Shown here: piece by piece, positions 27,166-39,323 of the stretch
Position numbering within the stretch: position 1 is the first letter of the stretch
How the letters are laid out: the number at the start of each line of letters is the position of its first letter
Source of the DNA: Chrysomallon squamiferum
Lineage: Eukaryota > Animalia > Mollusca
Assembly: GCA_012295275.1 (NCBI GenBank)
Contig: CM022675.1
Span: 2,232,001-2,296,000, forward strand
Direction: 5' to 3'
DNA length: 64,000 bases
Position numbers and translations under genes: made by a program
Notes under the pieces: generated by a model
Databases searched by the model: none
What the model saw: only the letters and a program-made list of their open reading frames with translations
Told to the model about the DNA's origin: nothing

Positions 27166-27781
27166 GGTAGTAGTAGTAGTAGTATTTTTCCTCATGAAAT
27201 CCACTAGTTGGGCGAAAAGAGAAATGACAGATATTTAGCCCAAAAAGATTTAAATTGTTTTATAATGTTAACGTTTCATTCTGATATTTCGTAAATAATA
27301 ACATAGTAAATAACAGGTGATACCAAGCACAAAGCTAGTAAAAATAGAAATGTAATGATCAGCACTTGGTTAGTGATACCTGCACATTTGATGCCAGCGT
27401 CGTTTCCATGGTGACATCGAAAGTTACCCCATTGAAAATTACACTGCTCAAGACTCGTTTCATTTCCCAAACAGTGAATATCACGCAGAAAGATAGGTCC
27501 TGATCCTTCACCAAAATAGGAACTATCAATAGCTGTTGCATTTGAACTGCGAAGAATGGAATGTTTCACTTGAAAATATATTTCTTTACTATCATTACAT
27601 GTATAATAATCGTTTTTAATAATCTTACAGTGCTATAGTAAATAACTGCTTCAGTAGTTATGATTAATTACTTTCTCAGTGAAATCAAGTTTCCTGTAGT
27701 AACAAACTATTACTAACATATTGCGATAACTGTTGTAATAATCATCATTAATCATTCCGAAATGATAGAGAAACTTGTCAA

Positions 27782-27817
<36 letters not shown>

Positions 27818-28916
27818 TAAAATTAAAATTAAAATTAAAATTAAAATTAAATAAGTAGGCTATTATCAATGACTTTGTAAATAGCTGTTATAATAAGTAT
27901 TATTAACTTACCCACTGAAACCCAGCATTCTGCAGTAAACAGCTGCGTTGTAATCAGTATGATATTTATCACAGACTGTGCCCCACATTCCAAGATATTT
28001 AATCTCCACTCGACCTTCTCGTTCTGAACTGCCTCCAACCAGACGAATCTCAAGTTCTTCTTTTTCATCTGCAGTAAGAAAATATCCTATCGCACACCAA
28101 AGGTTCCTTGACATATCAAACGTAAATACAATTTTAATTTAGATTTTATCACATTATTTTGTTTCAGAGTTTGGCCTCTAAGTCAATTAATGTTATTTTC
28201 TTTACAGGAAATGATTAAACATGTGGTAGATATTTATTGACTGCTGTCTAAAATACATTACCTGAACACAGCAGGGCTGTGTACTCCTCATCATCTTCAT
28301 CTTCACTAAGTCTAATCTGACACTCATTAATGTTCTTTTCCAGTCCTGAACATCGTACACGTGATGTCCAAATCTTGTTGTTTGTTGATGTCAGATTATG
28401 CTCATTTTCAGTCAGTAATATTGCTTTATAACTTCTTTAAATAATACATAAAAATTAAATCAATTTATATAGAGTAATTATGCCAATTCTTATATTAGTT
28501 TAAATGGTGTAATGGGTGTCGTTTTACTGTTATTATTATTATTGTTGTTGTTGGTGTTGTTATTATTATTATCATCATCATCATCACCGTCATCATCAGC
28601 ATCATCATCATTAGTTTTACTGGAATTAGTTCATTGTTTCAAGTGATATTTAAATGCTTTAATATTGCATTCTGTTTTTACTTACTCGTTGAAGCCAAGT
28701 GTTCTGCACAAAACTCTAGCAACTGCTGGAGAAGAAAAATCATTATTCATTCTGCCCCACTCATTGTTTATTTTCACTTCAACGGCACCGTAGTTACTGT
28801 CTGGACCACCAACTAGTCGTAGTTCAATGTCTGATATGTCCACTAGAAAATAAACATAAAAATAAAATCAATGCATTCACTGATAAATAACTTTTAAATA
28901 CAGCATGTATCTAACA

Positions 28917-28996
<80 letters not shown>

Positions 28997-31544
28997 TTTA
29001 TTTTGGCGTCTGCAGTAAAAAAACATTCACTATTATAACTTAAGAATGTGACAGGATGATTAAAAACACATAACAAAGTTAACCTTTCTTGCGTTCTAGA
29101 TGTTGTCTCTGTATAAGTCGTTAGTGTTAACTGATGGACGTTAGACAGTACACGAAACTGATTGTTTTAACATTAATACCTGAACACTTAATATACAGAG
29201 ATTTGCATTCACTCTCTTCATTCCGAAGTTTGAGAAAAGACAAATGCAGAGCAGGTTCATAACCAGCACTGATAACCTCATACTTCCATTTATTTCCAGT
29301 AACTGTTTCAGCAGGATAATAGTTTTCTGCTCTGTGAAGAAACACACGCAAAATAAAAACAAAATTAAAAAGTAATTCAAAAATATATCTTAGTGGAAGG
29401 ACAGCACACAGGTTTAGAGAAGCAAACGTTGCAATAATATAAATCATAAACAATAGGAATTAAAGTAAAAATTAGAAACGTAATACTAAATGTGGTTTAT
29501 TCAATCCACAGTCTTTTACAACTGATGGTTTTATTTAGAAAAGTTGAAATTTATATCAACATATACTCTATGATATTTACTGATGGGTGTATGTGGATTT
29601 GTTTGTGATTACATTAGTTCTACTACTATTACCTCTACTATACTAGCACTGAACATTATTATTATTATTATTGTTGTTATTGTTATTATTATTGTTATTA
29701 TTATTAGTAGTATTATTTAACGTTTGAGTTTAAAAAGACTTACTAACTTTACATAACCCATTTGCCGGCACACAACGTCAGCATTCTTTCTCTCACGTTC
29801 GTCTGTGTTACACACTGAATTCCATTTGTCATCATCAAATACTTGAAGATTTCCTTCTTGTGTGTTGTTTCCACCCACCAGTCTCAGTTTGTATGGTGTA
29901 GGATTTTCTGTTACAGTGGAACAAAACACAAATTTTAATCTTCATTACTTAGAGAAACTGTAAGCGATATGTTTTCAGATATTAACAACAGTCACAACAA
30001 CCAATATCATTATGATGATAATAAAAATAACAATGGTCATGATAATGATGGTGATGATGATGATGATGATGATAATATTTCTTTACCATCACATATAACT
30101 CCAATATCTTGTACTTTGCATGGATAATTGCAGTCCCTAATCTTCCACCTAAAGCAATCATCTACATTCGTTTGAAATCCATGACACCCTAAAGAACCTT
30201 TCCAAATTTGTCCACTTCCTTCTGGGAAGAATCCTTTACCACGTGGCAGACCAAACGCACTGTTGAGCAGAAACGTAATTGTTTCATGAGTGTTAACTCA
30301 CACGCACACGCAAGCACACACACATACACAAACACACTTGCACGGTATTATTTTTATTTATTTATTTACTCCTTTATTTTATTTTCTTTTTTTTTTCTAT
30401 ATATACATATTGAATATATATAGGTTTTCTCTTGTAGTTTTTAATTTGATATTATACACATTATTTTTTCAATATACATACATATTTCTTCGTTTAGAAT
30501 AATGCAAAATAGGGAGCTAGATAGGTAGAAATACAGCAATAATCAGGACTATTGGTTATTGACTTACTTGTTGAATCCGAGAGTTCTACACACCACAGTG
30601 GCACGGTAGAAGGTGAAACCACTACTGTACAGTCTGCCCCATTTACCTTTGTTCAGAACTTCTAATCGACCTTCTTTAGTTGTATTACCATCAACTAGGC
30701 GAACTTTCACTTTATAATGAAATAGAAAAAAAAACATTAACAATAATCGATAGGAAAATATTTACTTTTTGTGATATTCTGAGGAATTCGCCAGGAACTA
30801 TTGAAATTTTTAAGTTGACAGATAGTAAATAATTAAAATATATACACATTTATTACCTGGTTCAATGTCGGCAACCTTTATGTCTGCTGTCAAACCTAGA
30901 ACAAAAAGAAATAACAAAAATAAACAAATGAATAAATAAGTAATAACATCCATATATATGTGTGTGCGCTAGTGCGAAAAAAAAAAAAAAAAAAAAAAAC
31001 GAAAAAGATTTGTATTATTATTATTAGGTAAAACAATAGAACAAACAGCAGTTTCTTACTTGTAATAAACTCAAATGTAAGTTCTTCATCTAAAGATACA
31101 GCTTCTGATTCTGAAACTGAAGACCCGTCTTTGAGGTTGATGTTGAACTGGACAAGCGAGGAGTCTATTGAGTTAACTGTGTTTGTGATGTTCTGTCTGT
31201 TTCTGCAGAATAACATTAAAAACACATTAATAAGTGAAATCTTTCTATCTATCTATCTTTCTATTTATCTATTTCTGTATCTAAAATATACATCATTAAG
31301 ATTATACAGTTTGTTATTTTATATGTAATAGTAAATAATCATAATATTGTTGTACACGACGTGAGAAAGAAACATCTTAAAAGTTTAAAAAAGTAAGTAT
31401 AATAATAACAACAACAACAACAACAACAATAATAATAATAATAATAATAATAAAATCATAATATTGTTGTACACGACGTGAGAAAGAAACATCTTAAAAG
31501 TTTAAAAAAGTAAGTATAATAATAACAACAACAACAACAACAAC

Positions 31545-31588
<44 letters not shown>

Positions 31589-32823
31589 CTCTTATAATAC
31601 TAACCATAAAATCAACAAACGTAATCCAAGAAAAGCATGAGAATAAATAAATAAAACAATTTTAAAAGAAAACTACTATTACTACTATTAGCATAACTAC
31701 TTCTGCTAGAACTACTAGTATTCATAATAAAAATACTGGAATGTGTAAGAGTAACAGACCGATATGTAAAAGTAGCTTTGAAAAGAAACAGCAAAAGAAG
31801 AAAAGAAATAACGAACCTTTCAAGATGTTTGCTTGTAATCACTTTGGTGACTTTCACAACTGTAGCCCCATCGTTTTCCTCACAAATGACATGTACTTCT
31901 GAGTCGAAGTTTGTCATGTATTTGTCACTGAACTGAATGATCACATCCCGAGTTCGACCTCCGTTTAGCTTTGTAAACGATTCAAAATTAGATACAATAC
32001 AACAACAAATAAACATGAAAATAAGTGTCTAAACAGAGTTCAGAAATTAATTTTTTTTTAGAAAATCATAATAATAATAAATATATATATATATGTTTGT
32101 ATGTATGTATGATAATAATAATGAAAGAAAAATCAAAAATTAAAAAGAAAAATTGAATTGAACTGACCTGTGTCACCCCGCCACATTCACTATCCCGAAC
32201 ATTCACAGCCACACCCTGTTTTCTCGAGGGTAGATCTGATTTTGTGAATGTACAATCTGTCGTGTCTTTTTCACCTTTAACATAGACGACACCACTGAAT
32301 GTTCCCGCAGGATTAATGACAACCAACATAGAACTTTTCTGACAGGTAACTTCATCTGAAATTATTACTTTGACATATATATATATATATATATATATAG
32401 CAACATCAAGAAGAAGAAGAAGAACAACAACAATACTGTGTATAAACTAAGAACAGAGAATCGTTGACATAAACTGCATAAAGAAGAAAGCTGACATCTA
32501 TCATTGTGTTTACTGAAATACTTTCACTTTCTTTCACTTTGCCCTTAAAATTAAAATAACTACAGTCTTTTGACATCACGAGTCTGAGGTAGAAACTCAA
32601 AATGTTTAATTTGAACTGTATTTAAGACAAACGAGAAAACTTCTGACGAGACTCAGAGAAGCAGAGCTAAAGATTTCAAGAATAGGAATTGAAATTTATA
32701 TTAACAAGTTGTTTATTTAAATGTTTAATGTTTATAAATACATGAAATTGGTTTGCAACATATTTTTTTATCACTCATTTTTGATTGTCGTTGTTCTTGT
32801 TTGTCTTGTTCTTTTTATTATTA

Positions 32824-32870
<47 letters not shown>

Positions 32871-33476
32871 TATTGGACGGAAGAATAAAACAAAACAAAG
32901 GTATAAAGAAAAAATAAACAAACACTATCATAACAATAATATTAACAAAATCAATTTTTGTACTGTTACTTTAAAAGATTATATACAGGACAACAGAGAA
33001 TATTTTCAGAAAATAAAACTGAAATATGTGATTGAAATTATCAACCTTATTACATTAATCATTAAAACAAAAATTGAATACTGGTTATACTGGTTATATA
33101 TATATATATATATATGAGTTATTTATATATACGTAAATCAACTATTGAAATATATTGAAAGAGGAAATAAAAATACTGGTATTCGTTAGTAATTATAACA
33201 AAATAATTTGATATAAATTTTTATAATAAACACTGAACAACTTGCATTATTATTATTTCCTTATTATATCCGGAGTAAATAACTCACATCTTTTGTTTTC
33301 ACACTGGTCTCCATAGAAACCAGGTGAACAGAAACACGCCTTGTTTCCATTATTGTTGTAACAGATACCTCCATCAGAGCCACAAGAGTCAGTCTGATTT
33401 GTACACGGACTTGAACCACTCAAATCTGAAAACACAAATTTATGATTCTTTAGTTGTTTATTATTACTATTATTCC

Positions 33477-33534
<58 letters not shown>

Positions 33535-33901
33535 TATCACTGAAAAACATTCATCAGAACAACCGGAAAAATCACAACAATAACAACAACAACAGGAAGA
33601 GCGACCTAATATGCAACTGAATGCATTAAGTGATCATTATTTTTACACGTTGTTATTTGTTTTATTCTTAAACTTTTCACATTTTAAAATTATAAATCTT
33701 ACTTTTCTTCAGCTCACAGTTGTAGCCAGTGTAGTCATTTCCACAGTCACAGGTGCCGTCATTTTGACAAGTTTTATTATTAGCACAATCCTGACCCTGT
33801 CGTCTGCAGTCGAAGTACTCTTCACCTGTGAACATAGCACCTAACTTTTATAACTGAAAATTGTGATTAAATCAGACAAATATATTGTGTACTACTACTA
33901 C

Positions 33902-33939
<38 letters not shown>

Positions 33940-34309
33940 GTACAAAGATTAATAAAAAAAATAAAATTATTATAAAGAAAAGGAAAGAAAAGAAAAATAT
34001 CGTTTGGTGTAACTGAGAAATGAAATGAGTTGTTTTCTTTTCTTTTCTGTCTCAAAGAATAAGCTTAATGATTGTTTAATTTACGTATTTTTAATCTTAT
34101 TTCATTATTTAAATTTTCTATTTTGTGCTATATTTAACTGTTGAAACTGTTTATTTGATTGAGAACAGAAACACGTACAGATTTCACATCCACACACAAG
34201 CACACACAATCACAGAGATATAAACACACACACAATAGATAAGTTGAAAAAAGTTACCTAGGGTAAAATAACCAGCTAGAAGTATCAGAAATACGAATGG
34301 TATCCACAT
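25467..34309 (-). CDS. Gene B: intact EGF-EGF-ZP type I membrane protein with four SRCR domains inserted within ZP-C (19 coding exons, 2664 nt, 887 aa)
   Basis: Hand-spliced; all introns GT-AG, phases compatible, no internal stop. Exons: 34258-34309, 33703-33825, 33288-33425, 32168-32355, 31817-31968, 31060-31202, 30857-30895, 30568-30709, 30087-30259, 29748-29907, 29180-29331, 28686-28842, 28262-28434, 27912-28068, 27380-27546, 26781-26874, 26255-26420, 25805-25922, 25467-25636. Ten-cysteine ZP module, RKRR site, TM helix. Confidence 0.9.
25805..25922 (-). CDS. Gene B last ZP cysteine, furin site and external hydrophobic patch exon
   Basis: VDCTGKEGFGRKRRSAETSDELVRKTFSVLDVFVEDRTP; 118 nt, phase 0-1. 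Confidence 0.9.
26255..26874 (-). CDS. Gene B remainder of ZP-C (exons 26781-26874, 26255-26420)
   Basis: GTLIVESCTAD...LKIIEDSCPS...FKLKAFTF...TECSVKVCPPGQKSQCEP: ZP-C motifs (l.v..C.A, ii..gCP, F.aF.F, C.v.vC). Confidence 0.92.
27380..28068 (-). CDS. Gene B SRCR domain 4, canonical group A (exons 27912-28068, 27380-27546)
   Basis: IRLVGGSSEREGRVEIKYLGMWGTVCD...YCRMLGF / YFGEGSGPIFLRDIHCLGNETSLEQC...CHHGNDAGIKC; six Cys. Confidence 0.95.
28262..28842 (-). CDS. Gene B SRCR domain 3 (exons 28686-28842, 28262-28434)
   Basis: LRLVGGPDSNYGAVEVKINNEWG...VLCRTLGF / KIWTSRVRCSGLEKNINEC...EDEDDEEYTALLCS; tandem AAGAAG acceptor at the second exon. Confidence 0.88.
29180..29907 (-). CDS. Gene B SRCR domain 2, divergent (exons 29748-29907, 29180-29331)
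   Basis: LRLVGGNNTQEGNLQVFDDDKWNSVC...ADVVCRQMGY / ...KWKYEVISAGYEPALHLS...ECKSLYIKCS; frame and phases intact. Confidence 0.82.
30087..30709 (-). CDS. Gene B SRCR domain 1 (exons 30568-30709, 30087-30259)
   Basis: [23 protein letters not shown]...VVCRTLGF / FPEGSGQIW...CHGFQTNVDDC...DIGVIC; internal phase-2 intron. Confidence 0.9.
30857..30895 (-). CDS. Gene B 39-nt linker microexon (SLTADIKVADIEP)
   Basis: ctag/gtaat flanks, phase 1-1; homologous exon ending KIADIEP at 18578-18628. Confidence 0.78.
31060..31202 (-). CDS. Gene B ZP interdomain linker, internal hydrophobic patch and first ZP-C strands
   Basis: RNRQNITNTVNSIDSSLVQFNINLKDGSSVSESEAVSLDEELTFEFIT; 143 nt, phase 2-1; matches the IHP then v.lgd.l.l pattern that opens ZP-C. 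Confidence 0.8.
31338..31585. repeat. ~118-bp intronic tandem duplication
   Basis: atcataatattgttgtacacgacgtgagaaagaaacatcttaaaag plus (AAC)n(AAT)n occurs twice. Confidence 0.9.
31817..32355 (-). CDS. Gene B ZP-N domain, two exons (32168-32355, 31817-31968)
   Basis: YEVTCQKSSMLVVI...FSGVVYVKG...DC...SECG and DVIIQF...VHVIC: four Cys in ZP-N spacing. Confidence 0.88.
33288..33425 (-). CDS. Gene B EGF-like domain 2 exon (SPCTNQTDSCGSDGGICYNNNGNKACFCSPGFYGDQCENKR)
   Basis: EGF consensus CFC.PGFYGD.C, 138 nt, phase 1-1. Confidence 0.92.
33703..33825 (-). CDS. Gene B EGF-like domain 1 exon (GEEYFDCRRQGQDCANNKTCQNDGTCDCGNDYTGYNCELKK)
   Basis: Six Cys with CxC...G..C, 123 nt, phase 1-1, ag/gt flanks. 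Confidence 0.92.
34258..34309 (-). CDS. Gene B signal-peptide exon (MWIPFVFLILLAGYFTLG)
   Basis: ATG at 34309, hydrophobic core, phase-1 gtaac donor; homologous 52-nt coding exons at 8159, 15409 and 53921. Confidence 0.88.
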
Positions 34310-34382
34310 AGTTTTTTTTATGCTGAAAAAACAAATTAATTAGCTAATTAATGAAGTGTTCCGGGTATATCCAGCTGTGATC

Positions 34383-34474
34383 TTTCATATTAATCTTAGT
34401 ATAAGTTGGCCCAGATATATCTATATATATATATATATATATCTTGGCCAACTTATACTAAGATTAATATGAAA
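34383..34474. repeat. 92-bp near-perfect palindrome with (AT)n centre
   Basis: tttcatattaatcttagtataagttggcc (34383-34411) is the exact reverse complement of 34446-34474. Confidence 0.95.
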
Positions 34475-34494
34475 AATTAATATATGAGCGTGTC

Positions 34495-34545
<51 letters not shown>

Positions 34546-34689
34546 GTGTGTAATTCCTGTTTGTTACAATCTTTGATTGTTAAAGTCCTAGCAGACTGAG
34601 TCCTCATAGAAAATACATTTTATTTATTTTCAAAATATTTATCGGTATTAAACTTTATGTGAATCTTTTTCATTCAGTTGACAACACAG

Positions 34690-34746
<57 letters not shown>

Positions 34747-35380
34747 TTAGTTTGGCAGTTAGCGCTACCCAGTAATATTTCTTCTAAATTGCTTCAATAG
34801 ACTGTGAGAGGGAACAACATATACACTGATAACCTGACATCATCAGATGTATGCAAACACGTTAAAACTCACACGAACACATAGGTGCGTATGTGTATGT
34901 GTACAAGGATGTCTGTGATATCAGCCTTAGAAAATGTGCATTATCGTCCATGCTTGAATAACCAATATTATTTCTTGTAGTTATTTCAGCATACATCTGA
35001 GGCGATGTGGATACATGATCTAATCTAATATTATTGTTTTGGGTGATCTGACGTCTTAGCAAAGGACGGAAATACAATACAGAACATTAGAATGCAGTCA
35101 TTGTAGCACTTTAGAACTATGATCATGACGTCATAGGATACGTCGATTTTTTGTTTGTTTAATGTTTTATCGCTAGATATAATGTTATTGAAAATACATC
35201 CGCAACGTACGTAATGACGTCACGACTACAGCAACGTAGCTGCCCCATCAGCTATTGTTAATTTGTAAACTTTTGTTAAAATTAGACTGCAGATTAAAAC
35301 AAAAAATAAATGAATAGTTTAAAATAATAATAACAATAATAATAACAACAACAACAACAACAACAATAATAATAATAGTC

Positions 35381-35427
<47 letters not shown>

Positions 35428-35794
35428 CATAATGATAATCATAATATAATACAATTGTGGGCTATATTAAACGTCAAAAGCAATATACAAAATAGCGTAA
35501 ATATGTGTGTTGATGCGTAACAAGCGACTGAAAACTCATCATGGCTGATTGTTGTTGTAACAGCTGAGTACTAGTCTAGATGAGCAGTGATGTGTGACAC
35601 GTTACATTAGTCAGACGGATGTCAAACCAGTTTTCTCGTTTCTTCATTCTTTTTTCAAAGTCTTTTTAAAATTTCATAGAAAACAGTAATATCAGCTGTA
35701 CGTTTTGGTAAAATAATTATTTAATAATTATTAAATCAAGTTAATAAGTGAAATGTTTAAAGTAAAATAAAACAACGTATATAGATGCATAAAT

Positions 35795-36212
35795 TGATAC
35801 ACTGAAGGTAGATAGAGTGATAGGTACTTATAGAACACACACTGATATAATGTAGGTAGATATAAAGAAAAATACATATATACAGCATACACTGATACAA
35901 TGTAGGTAGATAGAGAGATAGATACATATATACGTGAACACACTGATACAATGTAGGTAGATATAGAGACAGATACATATAGAACACACACTGATACAAT
36001 ATAGGTAGATATAGAGACAGATACATATATAGAACACACACTGATGCAATATAGGTAGATAGAGAGATAGATACATATAGAACACACACTGATGCAATGT
36101 AGGTAGATAGAAAGATATATACATATATAGAACACACACTGATACAATGTAGGTAGATATATAGACAGATACATATATACGTGAACAAACTGATACAATG
36201 TAGGTAGACAAC
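35795..36212. repeat. ~48-52-bp degenerate minisatellite in gene B intron 1
   Basis: cactgatacaatgtaggtagata...gatacatata...gaacaca repeated about 8-9 times. Confidence 0.88.
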
Positions 36213-36349
36213 GAGACATCCTCTGTAATAGATCACTACTTTTAGATATTTAAATTGCTACAGCTTTTTTTGAAATTTATTTCTTAATTTTTAAATTTTT
36301 AAATTAATTGACTTATTTATTTATTTATTTATGTATTTATTAATTATTA

Positions 36350-36386
<37 letters not shown>

Positions 36387-37849
36387 AGAGAGAGAGATAA
36401 TTATAATAATAGAGGTAAAAAATAAAATGTAATAAATTCACGAATAAATAAGAAAAGTATTAAAAATAAATAAAAATACAACACAAACAAATACATTTTA
36501 ATGTGTGTTTCAATCCCCTGATTTGTTGTATCTCTAACGGCAATCACAGCTAGCTACATATATATATATATATATACACACACACCTTATTATTACCTGA
36601 GTGTCAGATCTTACTCTCTCTTTTGACAGAATCAGCAGACACAAAGACATCCACTGAGACAGAAACACAATTTATTAATAACAGTAATGAGAAAAAAGTA
36701 TTAGTGTTGAATCATTTAGTTAAAAAAAATAAAAATAAAAATAAAAGGTCATGGATATTTTATTCACTGAATGAAACTTCTCAAGTAATTAAAACTATGA
36801 CAACTATATTATACGTATTTAACAACTATTTTTTTTTTTTTTTATTCTGAACAGTGTATACTCCATTCATCTGAAGATACCACCCTAACACCCGCAGAGA
36901 TGAGATCTATCTCAGAGGATTTCTGTTTGATACTGTAATCAAACACCAAGTATATATTACTAGAAGGCAGTGTATGTAAGCTTTTACGCCAAGACGCAAT
37001 TAAAAGATTCTTAGCATGAAACAAGTACACAGTGAAATGTCGGTAGGTAAATTTACACGTGGATAAAAGTAAAATGTAAAAGGTACAGTGAAACCTTCTT
37101 TAACAGGTTCTTTAGTAGTAGAATAGTATAACACTAGTAGTACTAGTAGTTCCAACAGTAGTAATACTTATGTTAGTAAGTAGAGTATTAGTAGTGGTAA
37201 CAGCAGTACTATTAGTATTAACAATGACGATATTAGCATTAGTATTAGTCTTAGTACTAGTAGATTAATAGTAGTAATAGTAGGTTCTCAATAGAGCCTC
37301 TGTGTTTGGATGGCCAAAGTTTTTTTGTTGTTAATGTTCTGTGTATCTTTATTATTATGTTGATATTGTTGTTTTTGTTGTACTTAGTAATATAATAAAA
37401 CAACCAATGAATCATCCATTGTCACTACTGGGGTTTGCTTAACGTAGGCTGCCTATCTATAGTAACTGGATGTGTAACAAATGGGACGTGAACAGTTTCA
37501 CTAACACATCATCATGTACTTTCCTAAACTATGTTAATAGTCGCCCACGTTTTTAATATATTTTGCTAGACAGACTGAAACAGGTTTCTTCATAATTGTA
37601 AGAAGCTGATATCGCTATAAATGATAAATAAACTTTAACAAAAGACGGGAGTAGTCTGACATTCAGTAATAAACATCACTTTGAATAAAATTAACAACAC
37701 TGAAATTTACCCTGCAGTTTGCACTGCACTGATTTCCAGTTAATTATTACTATTTTTTTTTTTTTAAAGTAATAAATAAATAAATAAAGAGAAAAAAAAA
37801 ATAAAATTAAGTAAATGAGTAATAATAATAAAAAAAAAAAAAAAAAAAA

Positions 37850-37900
<51 letters not shown>

Positions 37901-39323
37901 TAAAACAAATGAAATAAATCATTAAACTACTCTTTTTTTCTACGTGAAAACAAAGGAAGATAGAAAAAAGTTGAAGAGAAAAGGCTTAAAACCCTGTAAC
38001 ACATGCGTCATGTATAGGTGTACACCTACACACAGAGATACATACATACAGCCATTCCTTCAGCCAGACATACATATTTACATAGTTAGAGTTTTTGTTA
38101 GTTTCAGTTTCAGTCAGTAAGAATCCATAGTTGCACATACACAAGTTAATATAATCATAACACGACTGTGGATTTACTCTAACACAATACACATATGCAC
38201 AATATTAAGATACAGAATTTGAAAAAAAAAAATAATTAATAATAATAAAATAAAATAAAATAAAAATAAAAAACTATTGTTAAATTACTACTATTATTAT
38301 TATTACGTCTATCTCTATTAAGTTTTTTTATAAAGATAACTGGATGGTGCAGATTTGATAAAGATATCTCTTGAAATAAGATTTCTTCAAAAACGTTAAC
38401 ATTATTAGATTCAGACTGTGGATTTTTATAGACTTTGAAATTCATTACTACTGTTAACTATCTGAAAATGTTAAAAGAAATCAAAATAATAAAAAATCTA
38501 ATATATATATATGTAATTAAAAAAAAAAATAATAAAATAAATAAATAATGAATAAATAAAAAGGCGGCGTTTTTTGTTTGTTTTTTTCACCTGGGATTGA
38601 ATATCTTTATGTCTCAACAAAACATAATTCTATTTCTGAATAATAATTTAATAAAAAGTCTTTAGATTTGCTACAATATGTTTAAATTATATTGCATTAA
38701 GCTGATCAAAATTACGCATAATTTACATATTACATTATTTTTACAACATGATTATATTTCTTATCTTTTTGTATCAATCGTTTTAATTATTTCTAATTTA
38801 GGATATCGCCTACATGTTTGTCAACACCATTCGAAAGTAGATCATGTAGTACATACCTGACTACTAAACTGTGTACGAGAGTCTGAACTGAATTTTATTT
38901 TTACACGCAATTAATACCAAGATATCTGTAGCTATCTGCATCATCAACTTTGATTTTATAAGATCAAAAACACTTTTTGAAATCTTTGTCGCTGGCAAAA
39001 AAAATAAGACTTTCACCCTTTTTACGGTTTACTGTCAGTTTCAATTTCATACAGTAAGATTAAAATGATTTTTGCATATCTTGGTAATTATTATTTATTT
39101 AAAACTGAATTCTTTTCTTTTACACTCTGTTAAGACTAGACGGCAGAATTCAACAACAGCAACCTCAGCATAAACAAAAATCAAGAACTGAGGTAATACT
39201 ATATCTGCTGATACGTCTTTTGTTTCATAGAGAATATACACACATACATTTGATAAAGTCAGATGCATGATAATGTACAGACAACACAGACATATTAACT
39301 GAAGTAAGGTAACGTGAACCTAC

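Noticed and set aside
27380-30709. Separate nested SRCR gene, or a DMBT1 ortholog
   Set aside because: No own start, signal peptide or stop exon; phases join seamlessly to the ZP exons; same arrangement in A2; no CUB domains and the domain order differs from DMBT1.
35731-36236. Three overlapping Tyr/Cys-rich ORFs
   Set aside because: Translations of a minisatellite, open in all three minus frames.
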